This document shows, piece by piece, positions 17,227 to 29,882 of a stretch of DNA of 64,000 nt (position 1 is its first letter; every line of letters begins with the position of its first letter). The stretch is from a virus. The notes under the pieces were generated by a model, which saw only the letters and a program-made list of their open reading frames with translations, did no database searches and had not been told where the DNA came from. The DNA is taken from the IMG/VR virus record IMGVR_UViG_3300027970_002011, positions 1-64,000 of that record. One strand, given 5' to 3'. The translations under genes and the position numbers were made by a program.

Positions 17227-18216
17227 ATGGCGTTTATTGACTTAGTAATTCAAGATTTTAATGAAGGTGATTATGACCTTTTAGAAACCGCATTTAATGG
17301 GGATGTCAACACATTTTTTAATTATGTTAATAAAAAAGGTAAATTTGAAGAGATAATTGCCGATGATTATAATCATAACGATTATGAAAACGATTACATT
17401 CTGTGGGTTTCTAATAACAAACCAGAAATTTTCCGTAAACTTATTGAAGATAAATTATCCGATGTAACATACATTGATGGTAAATGGTATTTTATAACAT
17501 CTGATAGAGGGGATTTATCCAAACTTTATTGTGATGATAGAGATATTGGTCGTAACACAATAGAATCTATATTGTCAGGTGAATATGATAGTTCTGATTA
17601 TTGGGATTCAGGAATAGATGTCTATGACAACGTAATTGATGATTTAAACGACCAAAACAAACAAACTTTAATTGAAAGATTATTAGAGGAATTGAAAGAT
17701 GAAGAAATCTTACCATCAACAGATTTACTAAAAGAAATTGCATCGTCTCAAGGTCATGATGAGTATGTATCTTTAGACACTGAAACATTAAGTAGAATAA
17801 TCAATGATAAAAAATCTATTAAAGAAATCTTACCCGATGATTTAGAAAGTGAGTTGGTGAGTTTATACTGGAGTGCCTATAATGTGGCATATGAAGATGA
17901 ACTCTACGAATCTATTTGGAGTGAACTTGATTCTATATTTGAAGGTAATGGTGAATGGACTCAAACACCTTCCCCTTATGATAAAAATAAATTTACCCAA
18001 AAATTTCAAATACCTTTTATAGATTTAGAGTCAATTGTAAAAGATTATCTTGAAGATAATCTTAGATATAAAGATAGAACCTTGGAGTATTGGGGTAATA
18101 TTATTAATATAATTGATGATACACATGAGTGTTTAAGAGTTAGAGTACCTGAATATGCAGATTGGACTGAAACCAAACAAAATATCAATTCTCTTTACAA
18201 CGATTACATTTCTTAA
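17227..18216 (+). CDS. Highly acidic hypothetical protein
   Basis: 329 aa, D/E-rich; TATTTAT at 17214-17220. Confidence 0.8.
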   Translation: MAFIDLVIQDFNEGDYDLLETAFNGDVNTFFNYVNKKGKFEEIIADDYNHNDYENDYILWVSNNKPEIFRKLIEDKLSDVTYIDGKWYFITSDRGDLSKLYCDDRDIGRNTIESILSGEYDSSDYWDSGIDVYDNVIDDLNDQNKQTLIERLLEELKDEEILPSTDLLKEIASSQGHDEYVSLDTETLSRIINDKKSIKEILPDDLESELVSLYWSAYNVAYEDELYESIWSELDSIFEGNGEWTQTPSPYDKNKFTQKFQIPFIDLESIVKDYLEDNLRYKDRTLEYWGNIINIIDDTHECLRVRVPEYADWTETKQNINSLYNDYIS

Positions 18217-21200
18217 AGTAATCTTTTTTCTTTCGCCTTTACTACAAGTTTTTGAGCTCTGTCTTCAATTGAATTGATAATGACTTCTTGCTCTTTCAAA
18301 GCCTCAATACACACGGCAATCATCTCTTTGTACTTCATGGTGTAGTTGGTCTCTTCACTACCGAATACAAGTTCAGGGAAATATGGTAAAACTTCTTGAG
18401 CAATGAAACCAATGTTTTTGTGTCCAAGTTTTTCTTTATCATCCCAATTATAATAGAATTCAACACCACGAATTTTAATTAAACTTTCAAGTGCAGATTC
18501 AATAGGTTCGATATTTGTCTTTAATCTAATATCAGATGGTCCTTTAGGTCCTGTAGCACCTTGAGCACCTTGTGGTCCTGCAGAACCTGTAGCCCCTGTA
18601 GCACCTTGAGCGCCAAAACCACTGCCCGCCTTTCCTTGAGCCCCTGTAGCACCTTGAGCGCCTCCAGCACCAGGTCCTTGAGAACCTTGAGCACCTTGTG
18701 AACCTGTAGTCGGATTTGGAGCACCTTGAGCTCCTTGAGCACCAGCTCCTTCAGAAGGGAAACCTTGAGCACCTTGCGAACCAACAGCACCTTGAGCTCC
18801 TTGTCCTCCTTGTGGTCCTTGAGCACCTTGTGGTCCTTGTGAACCTTGGCCACCCGCAGCACCTGTTGAGCCACCTCCACCCTGAGAACCTTGTCCCCCT
18901 TGTGTACCCTGAGCACCTTGTCCTCCTTGTGAACCTGTGGCACCTCCACCACCAGTACCACCTTGCGAACCTTGTCCTCCTTGTGAACCTTGTGAACCTT
19001 GAGCACCTGTGGAACCACCACCACCCTGAGAACCTTGTCCTCCCTGAGAACCTTGCGAACCTGTGGCACCTTTACCTCCACCGCCACCTTGTGAACCTTG
19101 TCCTCCTTGAGAACCTTGTGAACCTGTGGCACCTCCACCACCAGTACCACCTTGTGCACCTTGACCTCCTGTCGGACCTGTGGCACCTTTACCTCCTTGA
19201 GAACCTTGTCCTCCCTGAGAACCTTGTCCTCCTGTCGGACCTGTGGCACCTTTACCTCCTTGTGAACCTTGTCCTCCTTGTGAACCCTGACCTCCTGTAG
19301 ACCCTTGAGAACCTTGAGCTCCTTGACCTCCTTGAGAACCTTGAGCTCCTTTACCACCTTGAGAACCTTGTGAACCTGTGGCACCTCCACCACCAGTACC
19401 ACCTTGCGAACCTTGTCCTCCTTGTGAACCTTGTGAACCTTGAGCACCTGTGGAACCACCACCACCCTGAGAACCTTGTCCTCCTTGTGAACCTTGTGCC
19501 CCCGCACCACCTTGTGAACCTTGTCCTCCTTGAGCTCCTTGACCTCCTTGAGAACCCTGAGCACCTTGTCCTCCTTGAGTACCTTGTGAACCTTGAGCAC
19601 CCTGGCTACCAACAGCACCTAACGAACCTTGAGCACCCTGACCACCCTGAGCACCTTGGAAACCTTGTCCTCCTTGAGCCCCTTGATTACCAGTAGCTCC
19701 TTGCGAACCGACAGCTCCTTGAGAACCTTGTCCTCCTTGTGAGCCTTGTGAACCAACCGCTCCTTGCGAACCTTGTCCTCCTTGAGTACCTTGTCCTCCC
19801 TGAGCACCTTGTCCTCCCTGAGCACCTTGTCCTCCTTGAGTACCCTGAGCGCCTTGCCCTCCTTGTGAACCTGTAGCTCCTTGAGCACCTTGTCCTCCTT
19901 GGGTACCCTGAGCACCTTGTCCTCCTTGTGAACCTTGTGAACCTGTGTTACCTTGGGAACCTTGAGCTCCCTGTACTCCTTGACCTCCTTGAGCCCCTTG
20001 AGCACCCTGAGCACCCTGTCCTCCTTGTGAACCTTGAACTCCTTGACCCCCTTGAGCTCCTTGTGAACCTGTATTACCTTGAGTACCTTGAGTTCCTTGT
20101 GCACCTTGTCCTCCTTGAGAACCTGTTGCTCCTTGAGCACCTTGTCCTCCCTGAGTTCCCTGAACACCTTGACCACCTTGAGCTCCTTGTGAACCTGTAT
20201 TACCTTGAGTACCCTGTCCTCCTTGAGCTCCCTGTCCTCCTTGAGCCCCAACTGCTCCTTGGGAACCTTGACCTCCTTGTGAACCTTGAGCACCTTGACC
20301 TCCTTGAGCCCCAACTGAACCGGGACTACCTTGTGAACCTTGTCCTCCTTGAGTACCCTGTCCTCCTTGAGCTCCAACCGCTCCTTGGGAACCTTGTACT
20401 CCTTGCGAACCTTGAGCACCTTTTCCTCCCTGAGAACCTTGAGCACCAACGGCACCTTGCGAACCAACGGCACCTTGCGAACCTTGCCCCCCTTGAGCAC
20501 CTTGATTACCTGTTGCTCCTTGTGAACCAACGGCACCTTGAGAACCTTGTCCCCCTTGAGCACCTTGATTACCTGTCGCTCCTTGTGAACCAACGGCACC
20601 TTGCGAACCTTGTCCTCCTTGAGAACCTTGTGAACCTGTATTACCTTGAGCACCAATAGGACCTTGAACACCCTGAGCACCTTTAGCACCTTGAGGACCT
20701 ACATTACCTTGACTTCCTTGTCCTCCTTGAAAACCTTGACCTCCTTGAGTACCTTGAGAACCTACAGGTCCAACAGCACCCTGTGAACCTTGAACACCAT
20801 CAGCGCCTACCGCACCTTGAGCACCTGTATTACCCTGAGAACCTTGTCCTCCTTGAGAACCTTGTCCTCCTTGAGAACCTTGTGAACCTGTATTACCCTG
20901 AGAACCTTGAACACCCTGAGCTCCTTGTCCTCCTTGAGAACCCTGTCCTCCCTGAGTACCTTGAGCTCCTTGTCCTCCTTGAGAACCCTGTCCTCCCTGA
21001 GCACCTTGTGAACCTACACCACCAACAGCACCTTGTGAACCTTGAGTCCCTTGAGAACCCTGCCCTCCCTGAGTACCTTGTGAACCTTGAGGTCCTTTTC
21101 CACCTTGGGCACCTTGTCCTCCTTGAGAACCAACATTACCTGTTGCACCTTGTGAACCAACCGAACCTTGTGGACCTGTAGACCCAAAATCACCTTGTTT

Positions 21201-21509
21201 TCCTTGACCTCCTTGAGTTCCCTGAGCACCCGCAGCACCCTGAGCACCTGTTGGTCCGGTATTTGTTGTGCCAGCCCAAAGAGCATTATTAACTACAGTA
21301 CCTGCAGTTGTTGCAATAGTACTAAAAACATAAAGATTGTTAAAAAATAACCTAAATTTAGGTGAGGTATTAATAACTTTAAAATAAACAGTAGTACTAA
21401 CTTTCCAATCAAGTACAGCACTGGAGTAAACCCAAGTTGCCTTAGTATTATTTGTATCATACAACTCAACAGTTGCACTACCTGGTAATATAACGATATC
21501 CTTAGCCAC
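18213..21509 (-). CDS. Collagen-like fibre protein with C-terminal peptidase S74 chaperone
   Basis: About 900 aa of G-X-Y (GSQ/GGQ/GAQ), then SDIRLKTNI...GFIAQEV. Confidence 0.9.
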   Translation of the reverse strand: MAKDIVILPGSATVELYDTNNTKATWVYSSAVLDWKVSTTVYFKVINTSPKFRLFFNNLYVFSTIATTAGTVVNNALWAGTTNTGPTGAQGAAGAQGTQGGQGKQGDFGSTGPQGSVGSQGATGNVGSQGGQGAQGGKGPQGSQGTQGGQGSQGTQGSQGAVGGVGSQGAQGGQGSQGGQGAQGTQGGQGSQGGQGAQGVQGSQGNTGSQGSQGGQGSQGGQGSQGNTGAQGAVGADGVQGSQGAVGPVGSQGTQGGQGFQGGQGSQGNVGPQGAKGAQGVQGPIGAQGNTGSQGSQGGQGSQGAVGSQGATGNQGAQGGQGSQGAVGSQGATGNQGAQGGQGSQGAVGSQGAVGAQGSQGGKGAQGSQGVQGSQGAVGAQGGQGTQGGQGSQGSPGSVGAQGGQGAQGSQGGQGSQGAVGAQGGQGAQGGQGTQGNTGSQGAQGGQGVQGTQGGQGAQGATGSQGGQGAQGTQGTQGNTGSQGAQGGQGVQGSQGGQGAQGAQGAQGGQGVQGAQGSQGNTGSQGSQGGQGAQGTQGGQGAQGATGSQGGQGAQGTQGGQGAQGGQGAQGGQGTQGGQGSQGAVGSQGSQGGQGSQGAVGSQGATGNQGAQGGQGFQGAQGGQGAQGSLGAVGSQGAQGSQGTQGGQGAQGSQGGQGAQGGQGSQGGAGAQGSQGGQGSQGGGGSTGAQGSQGSQGGQGSQGGTGGGGATGSQGSQGGKGAQGSQGGQGAQGSQGSTGGQGSQGGQGSQGGKGATGPTGGQGSQGGQGSQGGKGATGPTGGQGAQGGTGGGGATGSQGSQGGQGSQGGGGGKGATGSQGSQGGQGSQGGGGSTGAQGSQGSQGGQGSQGGTGGGGATGSQGGQGAQGTQGGQGSQGGGGSTGAAGGQGSQGPQGAQGPQGGQGAQGAVGSQGAQGFPSEGAGAQGAQGAPNPTTGSQGAQGSQGPGAGGAQGATGAQGKAGSGFGAQGATGATGSAGPQGAQGATGPKGPSDIRLKTNIEPIESALESLIKIRGVEFYYNWDDKEKLGHKNIGFIAQEVLPYFPELVFGSEETNYTMKYKEMIAVCIEALKEQEVIINSIEDRAQKLVVKAKEKRLL

Positions 21510-24500
21510 CTATTTTTATACTTAAATCTTTAAGAAAATTATTCAATACTTCAACTCTTTTTTGGTTTTCAATTAATGCCGATATGCCAACCGAAACCAA
21601 TAGCTCATATTGTAAATTCTTATAACCATATTTATCTGTCCAAACTAAATCTGGATATTTTTCTTCAATTTCTTGAGCAATAAATCCAAGGTTTACACCT
21701 GTAATTAGGTATTTGTGTTCTGGTAAATAATCTGACAATTGAGGAATGTCCTCAACCCAATCAAATTTAACACCTCTCATGCTAACAATGTTTTGTCTAA
21801 CGTCTGTAAGAGGTTTAATGTTTGTTTTATATCTGGCATCTGATGGTGGTCCTTGAGCACCTTTAGCACCTTGAGTACCCTGTGGTCCTTTACCACCTTG
21901 AGCACCTGTACCTCCTTGCGGTCCTCTTTGGCCTTGAGAACCCTCGGCTCCTTGAGCTCCGTTACCACTCGGTCCTTTTGTACCAGTGGCACCTTGAGAA
22001 CCTTGTGCACCTGCCGGCCCTTTTGGACCTTGAGCACCTTGAGCACCTGGTGTTGGAGGACCTGTGGCACCAAGAACACCTGTAGTTCCTTGAGCCCCTT
22101 GGTTTCCTGCAACTCCTGTATTTCCCGCGGCTCCTTGAGCACCTTGTGTGGATGACGCAGCACCTTGAGTTCCTTGGGCTCCTTGAGCCCCTTGTACCGA
22201 ACTTTGAGCACCTTGGGCTCCTTGAGTTGTGCTATTAGCTCCCTGAGCTCCTGTATTACCTTGAGCACCTGTTGCACCTTGAGTAGAACCTTGAGCACCT
22301 TGAGCTCCTGTTGAACCTCCACCACCTTGTGAACCTTGAGCACCGGTGACACTACTTTGAGCACCTTGAGCTCCTTGACCTCCTTGAGAACCTTGACCTC
22401 CTTGTGCACCTTGTACAGAACTTTGAGCTCCTTGAGCACCTTGTCCTCCTTGGGAACCTTGACCTCCTTGTGCACCTGTACTAGCACCTTGAGCCCCTTG
22501 TGAACCCTGAGCCCCTTGGGCACCTGTGTTACCTTGTGCACCGGTACTAGCACCTTGAGCTCCTTGTGAACCTTGTGCACCTTGGGCACCTGTATTACCT
22601 TGAGCACCGGTACTAGCTCCTTGAGCACCTTGGGCTCCTTGAGCACCTTGTTTACCCGTAGCTCCTTGGTCACCTTGGACCGAACTTTGAGCACCTTGAG
22701 CTCCTTGTCCACCCTGAGCCCCTTGTCCACCCTGAGCCCCTGTATTAGCTCCTTGGGCACCTTGAGCACCTGTTGAACCACCACCACCTTGTGAACCCTG
22801 AGCACCCGTGACACTACTTTGAGCACCAGTATTTCCTTGTGAACCCTGAGCACCTGTTTTTCCTTGAGCACCCGTAACTCCACCTTGAGCACCTTGTGCT
22901 CCTTGAGCACCTTGTTTACCAACAGCACCTTGAGCACCTGTAATTGCTCCTTGAGGACCCTGAGTACCTTGAGCCCCTGTATTACCTGTCGCTCCTTGAG
23001 CACCTGTATTACCACCTTGAGCACCTGTGCTACCTTGAGTACCTTGAGCTCCTTGAGCCCCTTGGGCTCCCGTATTAGCACCTTGAGCACCTTGTGCCCC
23101 TTGACCACCTTGAGCACCTGTCGCTCCTTGAGCTCCCGTAGTTCCACCTTGAGCACCTGTACTACCTTGAGCACCTGTATTACCCGTCGCACCTTGTGCT
23201 CCCGTGGTTCCACCTTGAGCTCCTTGAGCCCCTTGAGCACCTGTATTACCTGTTGCACCTTGAGCACCTGTGACTCCACCTTGAGCCCCTTGAGCACCTT
23301 GTCCTCCTTGAGCACCTGTAACTCCCGTAGCTCCTGCGGTTCCTCCTTGAGCACCTATATTACCTTGGGCACCGGTATTACCTGTAGCACCTTGTGCACC
23401 CTGTACAGAACTTTGAGCACCTTGAGCACCTTGAGCTCCTTGAGCTCCTGTATTACCTTGGGCACCTTGAGAAGCACCTTGAGCTCCTTGAGCACCTTGA
23501 GCACCTGTATTACCCGTAGCTCCTTGAGCACCCTGAACAGAACTTTGAGCACCTTGAGCTCCTTGAGCACCTTGAGCACCTGTTTTTCCTTGAGCTCCCG
23601 TAACACCACCTTGAGCACCTTGAGCTCCTTGAGCACCTTGTTTTCCGACGGCTCCTTGAGCACCTGTATTAGCACCTTGAGCTCCTTGAAATCCTTGAGC
23701 TCCTTGTGCACCCGTACTACCTTGAGCACCTGTAACACCACCTTGAGCACCTTGAGCACCTTGAGCACCTTGTTTGCCTGTAGCTCCTTGGTCACCTTGA
23801 ACCGAACTTTGAGCACCCACAGAACCTTGAGTACCTTGGGCACCCTGAGCACCTTGTGCACCTGTGTTAGCACCTTGTGCTCCTTGAGAACCTGTTGGTC
23901 CCTGAGCACCTTGAGCACCTTGTGCACCTGTGTTAGCACCCTGAGCACCTTGAGCACCTTTAGGTCCTTGAGCTCCTTGTCCACCTTGAGCACCCGTACT
24001 AGCACCTTGTGCTCCTTGAGCCCCTTGTCCACCTTGAGCTCCTTGTCCACCTTGAGCACCAGGAGTATCATCCGTACCACCCTGAGTACCTTGTGCTCCT
24101 TGAGCACCTTGGGCACCTTGAGCTCCTGTGTTTGCACCTTGAGCACCTTGAGCACCTATCGGTCCTTGAGAACCTTGTGCACCTGTTGGTCCGATTACAT
24201 TACTTGCAGTTCCCTGACTACCTTGTGCTCCTTGAGCACCTGTGTTACCTTGAGCACCCGTGCTAGCACCTTGAGCTCCTTGAGCTCCTTGAGTACCTTG
24301 AGCACCTGTATTACCTTGAGCTCCTTGAGTGGTACTATTAGCACCTTGAGTTCCTTGAGCACCTTGTGCACCCGTTTTTCCTTGGGCACCTTGGACTGAA
24401 CTTTGAGCACCTTGAGTTCCTTGAGCACCTTGAGCACCTTGAGCTCCTGTATTACCTTGAGCTCCTGTGTTCGCACCCTGAGCACCCTGAGCACCTTGTG

Positions 24501-24975
24501 TACCCTGAACTCCTTGAGCCCCTGTGTTAGCCCCTTGGGCACCCTGTCCACCTTGCGTACCTTGGGCTCCCTGTCCACCTTGTGTACCTTGAGCCCCTTG
24601 AGGACCTTGACCTCCTTGAGCCCCTTGAGCACCCGTTGGTCCTTGAGTACCTTGAGCTCCTTGAGCTCCTTTAATATTGGCTTGTGAACCTATCCATTCT
24701 CCAAGATAGTTAATAATCTGAACATACGATGAACTACCATCCCACGCATAAATACCTTCACCATTACTTATGTCATTAACAGAAAAACCATTAGAAGTGA
24801 CTGCTTGAGTACCAATACTACCTACAGAAGAATCCGTGGATGATGAGAATGTTAAATCACCATTAGCATTAACTTTTTGAACCAACTGATTACCAGTGGC
24901 ATCCTCATAAATAATAAAAGGTACTCCACCTGAAAAGGTGTTACCTGAAGGGTATATTATAATATCATTAGCCAT
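21502..24975 (-). CDS. Collagen-like fibre protein (interrupted repeats) with S74 chaperone
   Basis: GAQ repeats with regular 4-residue interruptions, then SDARYKTNI...GFIAQEI. Confidence 0.9.
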   Translation of the reverse strand: MANDIIIYPSGNTFSGGVPFIIYEDATGNQLVQKVNANGDLTFSSSTDSSVGSIGTQAVTSNGFSVNDISNGEGIYAWDGSSSYVQIINYLGEWIGSQANIKGAQGAQGTQGPTGAQGAQGGQGPQGAQGTQGGQGAQGTQGGQGAQGANTGAQGVQGTQGAQGAQGANTGAQGNTGAQGAQGAQGTQGAQSSVQGAQGKTGAQGAQGTQGANSTTQGAQGNTGAQGTQGAQGAQGASTGAQGNTGAQGAQGSQGTASNVIGPTGAQGSQGPIGAQGAQGANTGAQGAQGAQGAQGTQGGTDDTPGAQGGQGAQGGQGAQGAQGASTGAQGGQGAQGPKGAQGAQGANTGAQGAQGAQGPTGSQGAQGANTGAQGAQGAQGTQGSVGAQSSVQGDQGATGKQGAQGAQGAQGGVTGAQGSTGAQGAQGFQGAQGANTGAQGAVGKQGAQGAQGAQGGVTGAQGKTGAQGAQGAQGAQSSVQGAQGATGNTGAQGAQGAQGASQGAQGNTGAQGAQGAQGAQSSVQGAQGATGNTGAQGNIGAQGGTAGATGVTGAQGGQGAQGAQGGVTGAQGATGNTGAQGAQGAQGGTTGAQGATGNTGAQGSTGAQGGTTGAQGATGAQGGQGAQGAQGANTGAQGAQGAQGTQGSTGAQGGNTGAQGATGNTGAQGTQGPQGAITGAQGAVGKQGAQGAQGAQGGVTGAQGKTGAQGSQGNTGAQSSVTGAQGSQGGGGSTGAQGAQGANTGAQGGQGAQGGQGAQGAQSSVQGDQGATGKQGAQGAQGAQGASTGAQGNTGAQGAQGSQGAQGASTGAQGNTGAQGAQGSQGAQGASTGAQGGQGSQGGQGAQGAQSSVQGAQGGQGSQGGQGAQGAQSSVTGAQGSQGGGGSTGAQGAQGSTQGATGAQGNTGAQGANSTTQGAQGAQSSVQGAQGAQGTQGAASSTQGAQGAAGNTGVAGNQGAQGTTGVLGATGPPTPGAQGAQGPKGPAGAQGSQGATGTKGPSGNGAQGAEGSQGQRGPQGGTGAQGGKGPQGTQGAKGAQGPPSDARYKTNIKPLTDVRQNIVSMRGVKFDWVEDIPQLSDYLPEHKYLITGVNLGFIAQEIEEKYPDLVWTDKYGYKNLQYELLVSVGISALIENQKRVEVLNNFLKDLSIKIGG

Positions 24976-27900
24976 TAGTAATTCTCAATATATTCCTCTA
25001 ACATAGTTAATCTTTCATCAACAGATGCAATGTTATTTTGATGTTCTTTAATACCTTCAACTAAATATGCATTAAGTTGGGGATAAAGGATATAATAAAA
25101 TCCATTATCTCTCATTTTTACTACTTCAGGGATGTGTTCTCTAACTTGTTGAGCAACAAACCCTAAAGAGTGTGTTTTGTTATTTTCTAAATAATAATTG
25201 TATTCAGGAGTATCTTCGGTCCAATCAAATTCAACAGGTTGTAACATCATCAATTTTGTTAATGAACCCTCTAAAGTTATAACTTCGTTTTTAAGTCTTA
25301 AATCTGATGAGTCATCACAACACATTAATATACATTCAGGGTTCACTTGAGCCTCACCAAACGACATAAATGCACCTCCAAAGAAGGGGTCACAACTATT
25401 ACAATCACCCCTATCATATACAGAATCATTAGACAAACATTGTGGGTTCATTGTAGATGAATAAACAGTATAAGAACCAACCTGATTAGTTAAAGTACAA
25501 TCCATATAAAGCTCATGCATACCCAAATTATAACATGTAGGTCCTGATGGTGGACCTGTATCACCTTGGGCACCTTGAGCACCTTGAGGACCTGTTATAC
25601 CCGTTGCACCTTGAGCCCCTTGAAAACCTTGACCTCCTGTTTGTCCTTGAGCCCCTTGAGCTCCTTGAGCACCAGGAACACCCACACCACCCTGAGTACC
25701 TTGAGCACCTGTAGGACCAGCAACTGCAACACCTTGAGCACCTTGTGAACCTTGTGATGGTAATCCCTCAGGACCTTGAGCACCTTGTCCTCCTGTTGCA
25801 CCTTGAGCACCAGGACTAATTCCTGTACCTCCTTGTGCACCTTGTCCTCCTGTTGGTCCAAAACCTCCTTGAGCACCTGTCGCTCCTGTACTACCTTGAG
25901 GTCCAAGATTACCTGTATTACCTGTCGGTCCTTTACCACCTTGAGCACCTTGTGAACCTGTGGCACCTCCACCACCTGTAGGACCAACCGCACCTACAGA
26001 ACCTGTACCACCTTGAGAACCCTGAGCTCCTGTGGAACCTTGAGGTCCAAGATTACCCGTAGCACCAGTATTACCTTGGGCTCCGGTATTACCCGTATTA
26101 CCTTGAGGTCCTATATTACCCGTAGCACCTGTATTACCTTGAGCACCTTGTGGTCCTGTTGCACCTTGCGAACCTGAGTGACCTGTAGCACCCTGAGCTC
26201 CTGTGGAACCTCCACCACCCGTAGCACCTTGTGCTCCTGAATGACCTGTAGCACCCTGAGCTCCTGTGGAACCTCCACCACCCGTAGCACCTTGTGCACC
26301 GGTATGTCCTTGAGCACCTACGTTACCTTGTGAACCTACAGGTCCTGTAGCACCTGTCGGACCTATATTACCTTGAGCACCAACATTACCTTGAGCACCC
26401 GTATTTCCTGTAGCACCTTGTGCACCTGTATTTCCTGTTGCACCGGCACCACCTTGAGAACCTTGAGCACCTGTAGAACCTTGTGGTCCAATCGCACCTG
26501 TATTACCTTGGGCACCCGTTGAACCTTGAGGTCCTGTTGCTCCTTGTGGTCCAACAGCCCCTTGAGCACCTTCATTACCAAATGCACCTGTTTGTCCTGT
26601 AGCTCCTTGTGGTCCTATTGGTCCTTGAGCACCCGTTGAACCTTGAGAACCTTGTGGACCCGTGGCTCCTTGAGGTCCAATAGACCCTGTACCACCCTGA
26701 GCTCCTTGAGCACCCGTGTTTCCCGTTGCTCCTTGAGCTCCGGTATTACCTTGAGCACCTTGTGGTCCTTTAGCTCCTTGTGGTCCAATAGCACCTTGTG
26801 GTCCAATAGCACCTTGAGTACCCGTTGAACCTTGAGAACCTTGTGGTCCGACGGCACCTTGTGGTCCAACTTTACCTTGAGCACCCGTTGAACCTTGAGC
26901 TCCTTGTGGTCCGACGGCACCTTGTGGTCCAACATTACCTTGAGCACCCGTTGAACCTTGAGCTCCTTGTGGACCTTTAGGTCCTTGTGGTCCAATTGAC
27001 CCTTGGCTTCCTGTATTACCTTGAGAACCCGTAGGTCCTGTGTTTCCTGTCGGTCCAAGATTACCTTGAGCACCGGTGTTACCTTGAGCACCTTGTGGTC
27101 CTGTATTACCTTGTGCACCTGTATGACCTTGAGCTCCTGTTGAACCTTGAGAACCTGTTGGTCCTGTGTTCCCTGTGGGTCCAAGATTACCTTGAGCACC
27201 TATATTACCTTGAGCACCTTGTGGTCCTGTATTACCTTGAGGTCCTACCGCACCTTGAGCACCTTCATTACCAAATGCTCCCGTGGTACCTGTGGCTCCT
27301 TGAGCACCGGTATTACCTTGAGCACCTTGTGGTCCTTGAGCACCTTGTGGTCCCGTATTTCCTTGTGGTCCTAAAGCACCTTGAGCACCTGTCGAACCTT
27401 GGGAGCCGGTCGGTCCTGTAGCCCCTGTTGGTCCTACTGCACCTTGTGCTCCTATATTACCTTGTGCACCCGTGTTACCCGTGGCTCCTTGTGCTCCTGT
27501 ATGTCCTATATTACCTTGAGCTCCTTGAGCACCGGTATTACCCGTAGCTCCTTGAGCACCTGTATGTCCCGTATTACCTTGAGCCCCTTGAGCACCTGTA
27601 TTACCCGTAGCTCCTTGAGCACCTTTATTACCCTGAGCACCGGTATTGCCTTGAGCACCTGTATTACCCGTAGCACCCGGAGGACCAATAGGTCCTTGAG
27701 CACCTGTATTACCTTGTGCACCTGCATTACCCGTAGAACCTTGAGCACCTGTATTGCCCGTAGAACCTTGTTTACCTTGAGCCCCTTGGTCTCCTTGAGC
27801 ACCTTGGTTACCAATTTTACCTTGAGCTCCTATGGCTCCTTGAGCACCTGTGTTACCTATGGCTCCTTGAGCACCTGTGTTACCTTGTGCTCCTACGTTA

Positions 27901-28544
27901 CCTTGAGCACCTTGTGGTCCTTGAGCTCCTGTAAGTCCTTGAGCTCCTTGAGCCCCTATATTACCCTGTGCACCCGTTGGTCCTACCGCACCCGTTGGTC
28001 CAATATTACCGATTGCACCTTGAGCACCTATATTACCCTGTGCACCCGTTGGTCCTACCGCTCCTTGAGCACCTGTATTACCAATGTTACCTTGAGCACC
28101 TGTATTACCCGTAGCTCCTTGAGCACCTGTATGTCCTGTATTACCTTGAGCACCTTGAGCTCCAACGTTTCCTTGAGCACCCGTATCGCCCACCTTACCC
28201 TGAGCACCAATATTACCTGTATTACCTTGAGCACCTGTATTACCCGTAGCACCTTGAGCGCCAACAATATTTGTTGTGGGACCTACCCATCCTTTAGTAC
28301 CATTTAAAACTTGGACACCATTGACAGATAGATTATCTGTAACATTAAGATTTCTAACTGTGAATTCAGTATCAGATAATTTGAATATTGTGTTAGCACC
28401 GACAATCCATTGAAAACTCGTTGTGGCTCCACCTGTTGCAAGCACACGACCAGTCATTGATGCAGTTCCACCATCAAAATAAAAATAAGGAACTGTTATA
28501 CTTGCTCCATCCCCATCGGGATAAATAGTAATATTTTTAGGCAT
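24975..28544 (-). CDS. Collagen-like fibre protein with Cys-rich domain and S74 chaperone
   Basis: GAQ/GNT/GPQ repeats, a Cys-rich segment, then SDLRLKNEV...GFVAQQV. Confidence 0.9.
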   Translation of the reverse strand: MPKNITIYPDGDGASITVPYFYFDGGTASMTGRVLATGGATTSFQWIVGANTIFKLSDTEFTVRNLNVTDNLSVNGVQVLNGTKGWVGPTTNIVGAQGATGNTGAQGNTGNIGAQGKVGDTGAQGNVGAQGAQGNTGHTGAQGATGNTGAQGNIGNTGAQGAVGPTGAQGNIGAQGAIGNIGPTGAVGPTGAQGNIGAQGAQGLTGAQGPQGAQGNVGAQGNTGAQGAIGNTGAQGAIGAQGKIGNQGAQGDQGAQGKQGSTGNTGAQGSTGNAGAQGNTGAQGPIGPPGATGNTGAQGNTGAQGNKGAQGATGNTGAQGAQGNTGHTGAQGATGNTGAQGAQGNIGHTGAQGATGNTGAQGNIGAQGAVGPTGATGPTGSQGSTGAQGALGPQGNTGPQGAQGPQGAQGNTGAQGATGTTGAFGNEGAQGAVGPQGNTGPQGAQGNIGAQGNLGPTGNTGPTGSQGSTGAQGHTGAQGNTGPQGAQGNTGAQGNLGPTGNTGPTGSQGNTGSQGSIGPQGPKGPQGAQGSTGAQGNVGPQGAVGPQGAQGSTGAQGKVGPQGAVGPQGSQGSTGTQGAIGPQGAIGPQGAKGPQGAQGNTGAQGATGNTGAQGAQGGTGSIGPQGATGPQGSQGSTGAQGPIGPQGATGQTGAFGNEGAQGAVGPQGATGPQGSTGAQGNTGAIGPQGSTGAQGSQGGAGATGNTGAQGATGNTGAQGNVGAQGNIGPTGATGPVGSQGNVGAQGHTGAQGATGGGGSTGAQGATGHSGAQGATGGGGSTGAQGATGHSGSQGATGPQGAQGNTGATGNIGPQGNTGNTGAQGNTGATGNLGPQGSTGAQGSQGGTGSVGAVGPTGGGGATGSQGAQGGKGPTGNTGNLGPQGSTGATGAQGGFGPTGGQGAQGGTGISPGAQGATGGQGAQGPEGLPSQGSQGAQGVAVAGPTGAQGTQGGVGVPGAQGAQGAQGQTGGQGFQGAQGATGITGPQGAQGAQGDTGPPSGPTCYNLGMHELYMDCTLTNQVGSYTVYSSTMNPQCLSNDSVYDRGDCNSCDPFFGGAFMSFGEAQVNPECILMCCDDSSDLRLKNEVITLEGSLTKLMMLQPVEFDWTEDTPEYNYYLENNKTHSLGFVAQQVREHIPEVVKMRDNGFYYILYPQLNAYLVEGIKEHQNNIASVDERLTMLEEYIENY

Positions 28545-28615
28545 CTTTGGATTTTATACTCTCTATAAATACAATGAGTTCTAAAACAAATCAAGGAAAA
28601 AACAATAAAATAAAA

Positions 28616-28635
28616 AAGGATGGTCACCCATCCTT
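28616..28635 (-). terminator. Intrinsic terminator
   Basis: aaggatgg / ccatcctt stem with a U-run on the minus strand. Confidence 0.7.
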
Positions 28636-28638
28636 AAA

Positions 28639-28920
28639 TTATTTTATTAAATGTTTTTTTACTATGTCCAATGCCTCGGTGAGCTCATTATAATCTCTTT
28701 CGGGTGCGTATAAAAATGATTTACGTTTTTCACCACCATCTTTAATTATCATTAAAGCAGGTATGTATTCATTTTCAGTGGCTTTAATAAATAAATCATA
28801 CTCTTCCGAATATTTGTCAATATCTCTGTCAACAAACTTAATCTTATTTTCTTTAAGTAAGTCCTTAAACTCCGTGCAGAAAGGACATCCCTTCATAGTA
28901 TAAACAACAACCGTAGTCAT
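28639..28920 (-). CDS. Glutaredoxin-like protein
   Basis: VYTMKGCPFC...YIPAL. Confidence 0.88.
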   Translation of the reverse strand: MTTVVVYTMKGCPFCTEFKDLLKENKIKFVDRDIDKYSEEYDLFIKATENEYIPALMIIKDGGEKRKSFLYAPERDYNELTEALDIVKKHLIK

Positions 28921-29231
28921 TAATACTGTCCCATAAGTTCCATTATCTGTTGTTGTGTCAAAACTCCTGAATTAGTTTTAACTACTTCACCATCTTTGAA
29001 AATTTTTACTGTGGGTACTGAACGGATTCCCATCTCTGATGTTAATTCACGGTTTGAGTCCACATCATATTTGAACATCTCCATTGGGAGTTCTTGACCA
29101 CTGTCTGCAAGTTTTTGCATGTTACCCATTAATACTTTACATGGTCCACACCAAGTGGCGTACATATCCAAAAAGAAAGTCTCTTTGTTTGCAATTTTTA
29201 CTTTAATCTCCTCTGCGGTAAGTTGTTTCAT
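28920..29231 (-). CDS. trxA: Thioredoxin
   Basis: YATWCGPCK...GIRSVPT. Confidence 0.92.
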   Translation of the reverse strand: MKQLTAEEIKVKIANKETFFLDMYATWCGPCKVLMGNMQKLADSGQELPMEMFKYDVDSNRELTSEMGIRSVPTVKIFKDGEVVKTNSGVLTQQQIMELMGQY

Positions 29232-29235
29232 AATT

Positions 29236-29550
29236 TTAAATATTTGTATTTTTTTTTGTTATTAGACTTTTAATAAAGAAATTTACATCTGTTGTTTGTT
29301 CAGGATAAAAATAAATATCCATAGTATATGTCGGACCCCCACCTCTTACGTAATGTAATATAAATCCGTTGATGGTCTTGTAAATAATCTCACGATATTC
29401 CTCTGAAGTGTGAACCTTATCAAAATAAAGACAGGTAATTTTACCATTGTCTGTATTTGGTAAACCACAATTTATACTTCTTATCACCGAAAATATTTTA
29501 TCGGTAGACTCTTCAATTTTTCGTACAACGAAATGGTGTTTTGGAAACAT
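29236..29550 (-). CDS. Hypothetical protein
   Basis: 104-aa ORF in the operon. Confidence 0.65.
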   Translation of the reverse strand: MFPKHHFVVRKIEESTDKIFSVIRSINCGLPNTDNGKITCLYFDKVHTSEEYREIIYKTINGFILHYVRGGGPTYTMDIYFYPEQTTDVNFFIKSLITKKNTNI

Positions 29551-29586
29551 ACTGTTAAATTTAAATTAAAAAATTAAATGAAAAAC

Positions 29587-29865
29587 TTAGTTTAGGAAAA
29601 TATTTCCGAATTTTGTTTCAAGTATGAATGACTCAATTTTTGATTTCTTTTTAGAACCACCATTAATCATTACACAAATGTCAATAAGTTGTTTTTGAGT
29701 AAGAGATATTTCTCTACCATCTTCAACGTTAGAATCTGCAACCTCCCTGACCTTTTCATAAAAATCATCTTTTAGATTTAAAGGTATGAGATTTGCCAAA
29801 TCATCAGGGTTCTGATTAAAGAACCTTTTAAATTCAGATAAATAGATTTGAACATCTACGTTCAT
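29587..29865 (-). CDS. Hypothetical protein
   Basis: 92-aa ORF. Confidence 0.7.
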   Translation of the reverse strand: MNVDVQIYLSEFKRFFNQNPDDLANLIPLNLKDDFYEKVREVADSNVEDGREISLTQKQLIDICVMINGGSKKKSKIESFILETKFGNIFLN

Positions 29866-29882
29866 AATACAAAAATCAAATA

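Noticed and set aside
18500-28260. Dense short DNA repeats suggesting a CRISPR-like array
   Set aside because: Repeats are in-frame coding triplets with no constant-repeat/unique-spacer pattern; no cas operon is present.
18521-28307. Many long alternative-frame and antisense ORFs (VLKVLK, STLSTL, LEHLEH types)
   Set aside because: Shadows of the G-X-Y codon repeats, which lack stops in other frames.
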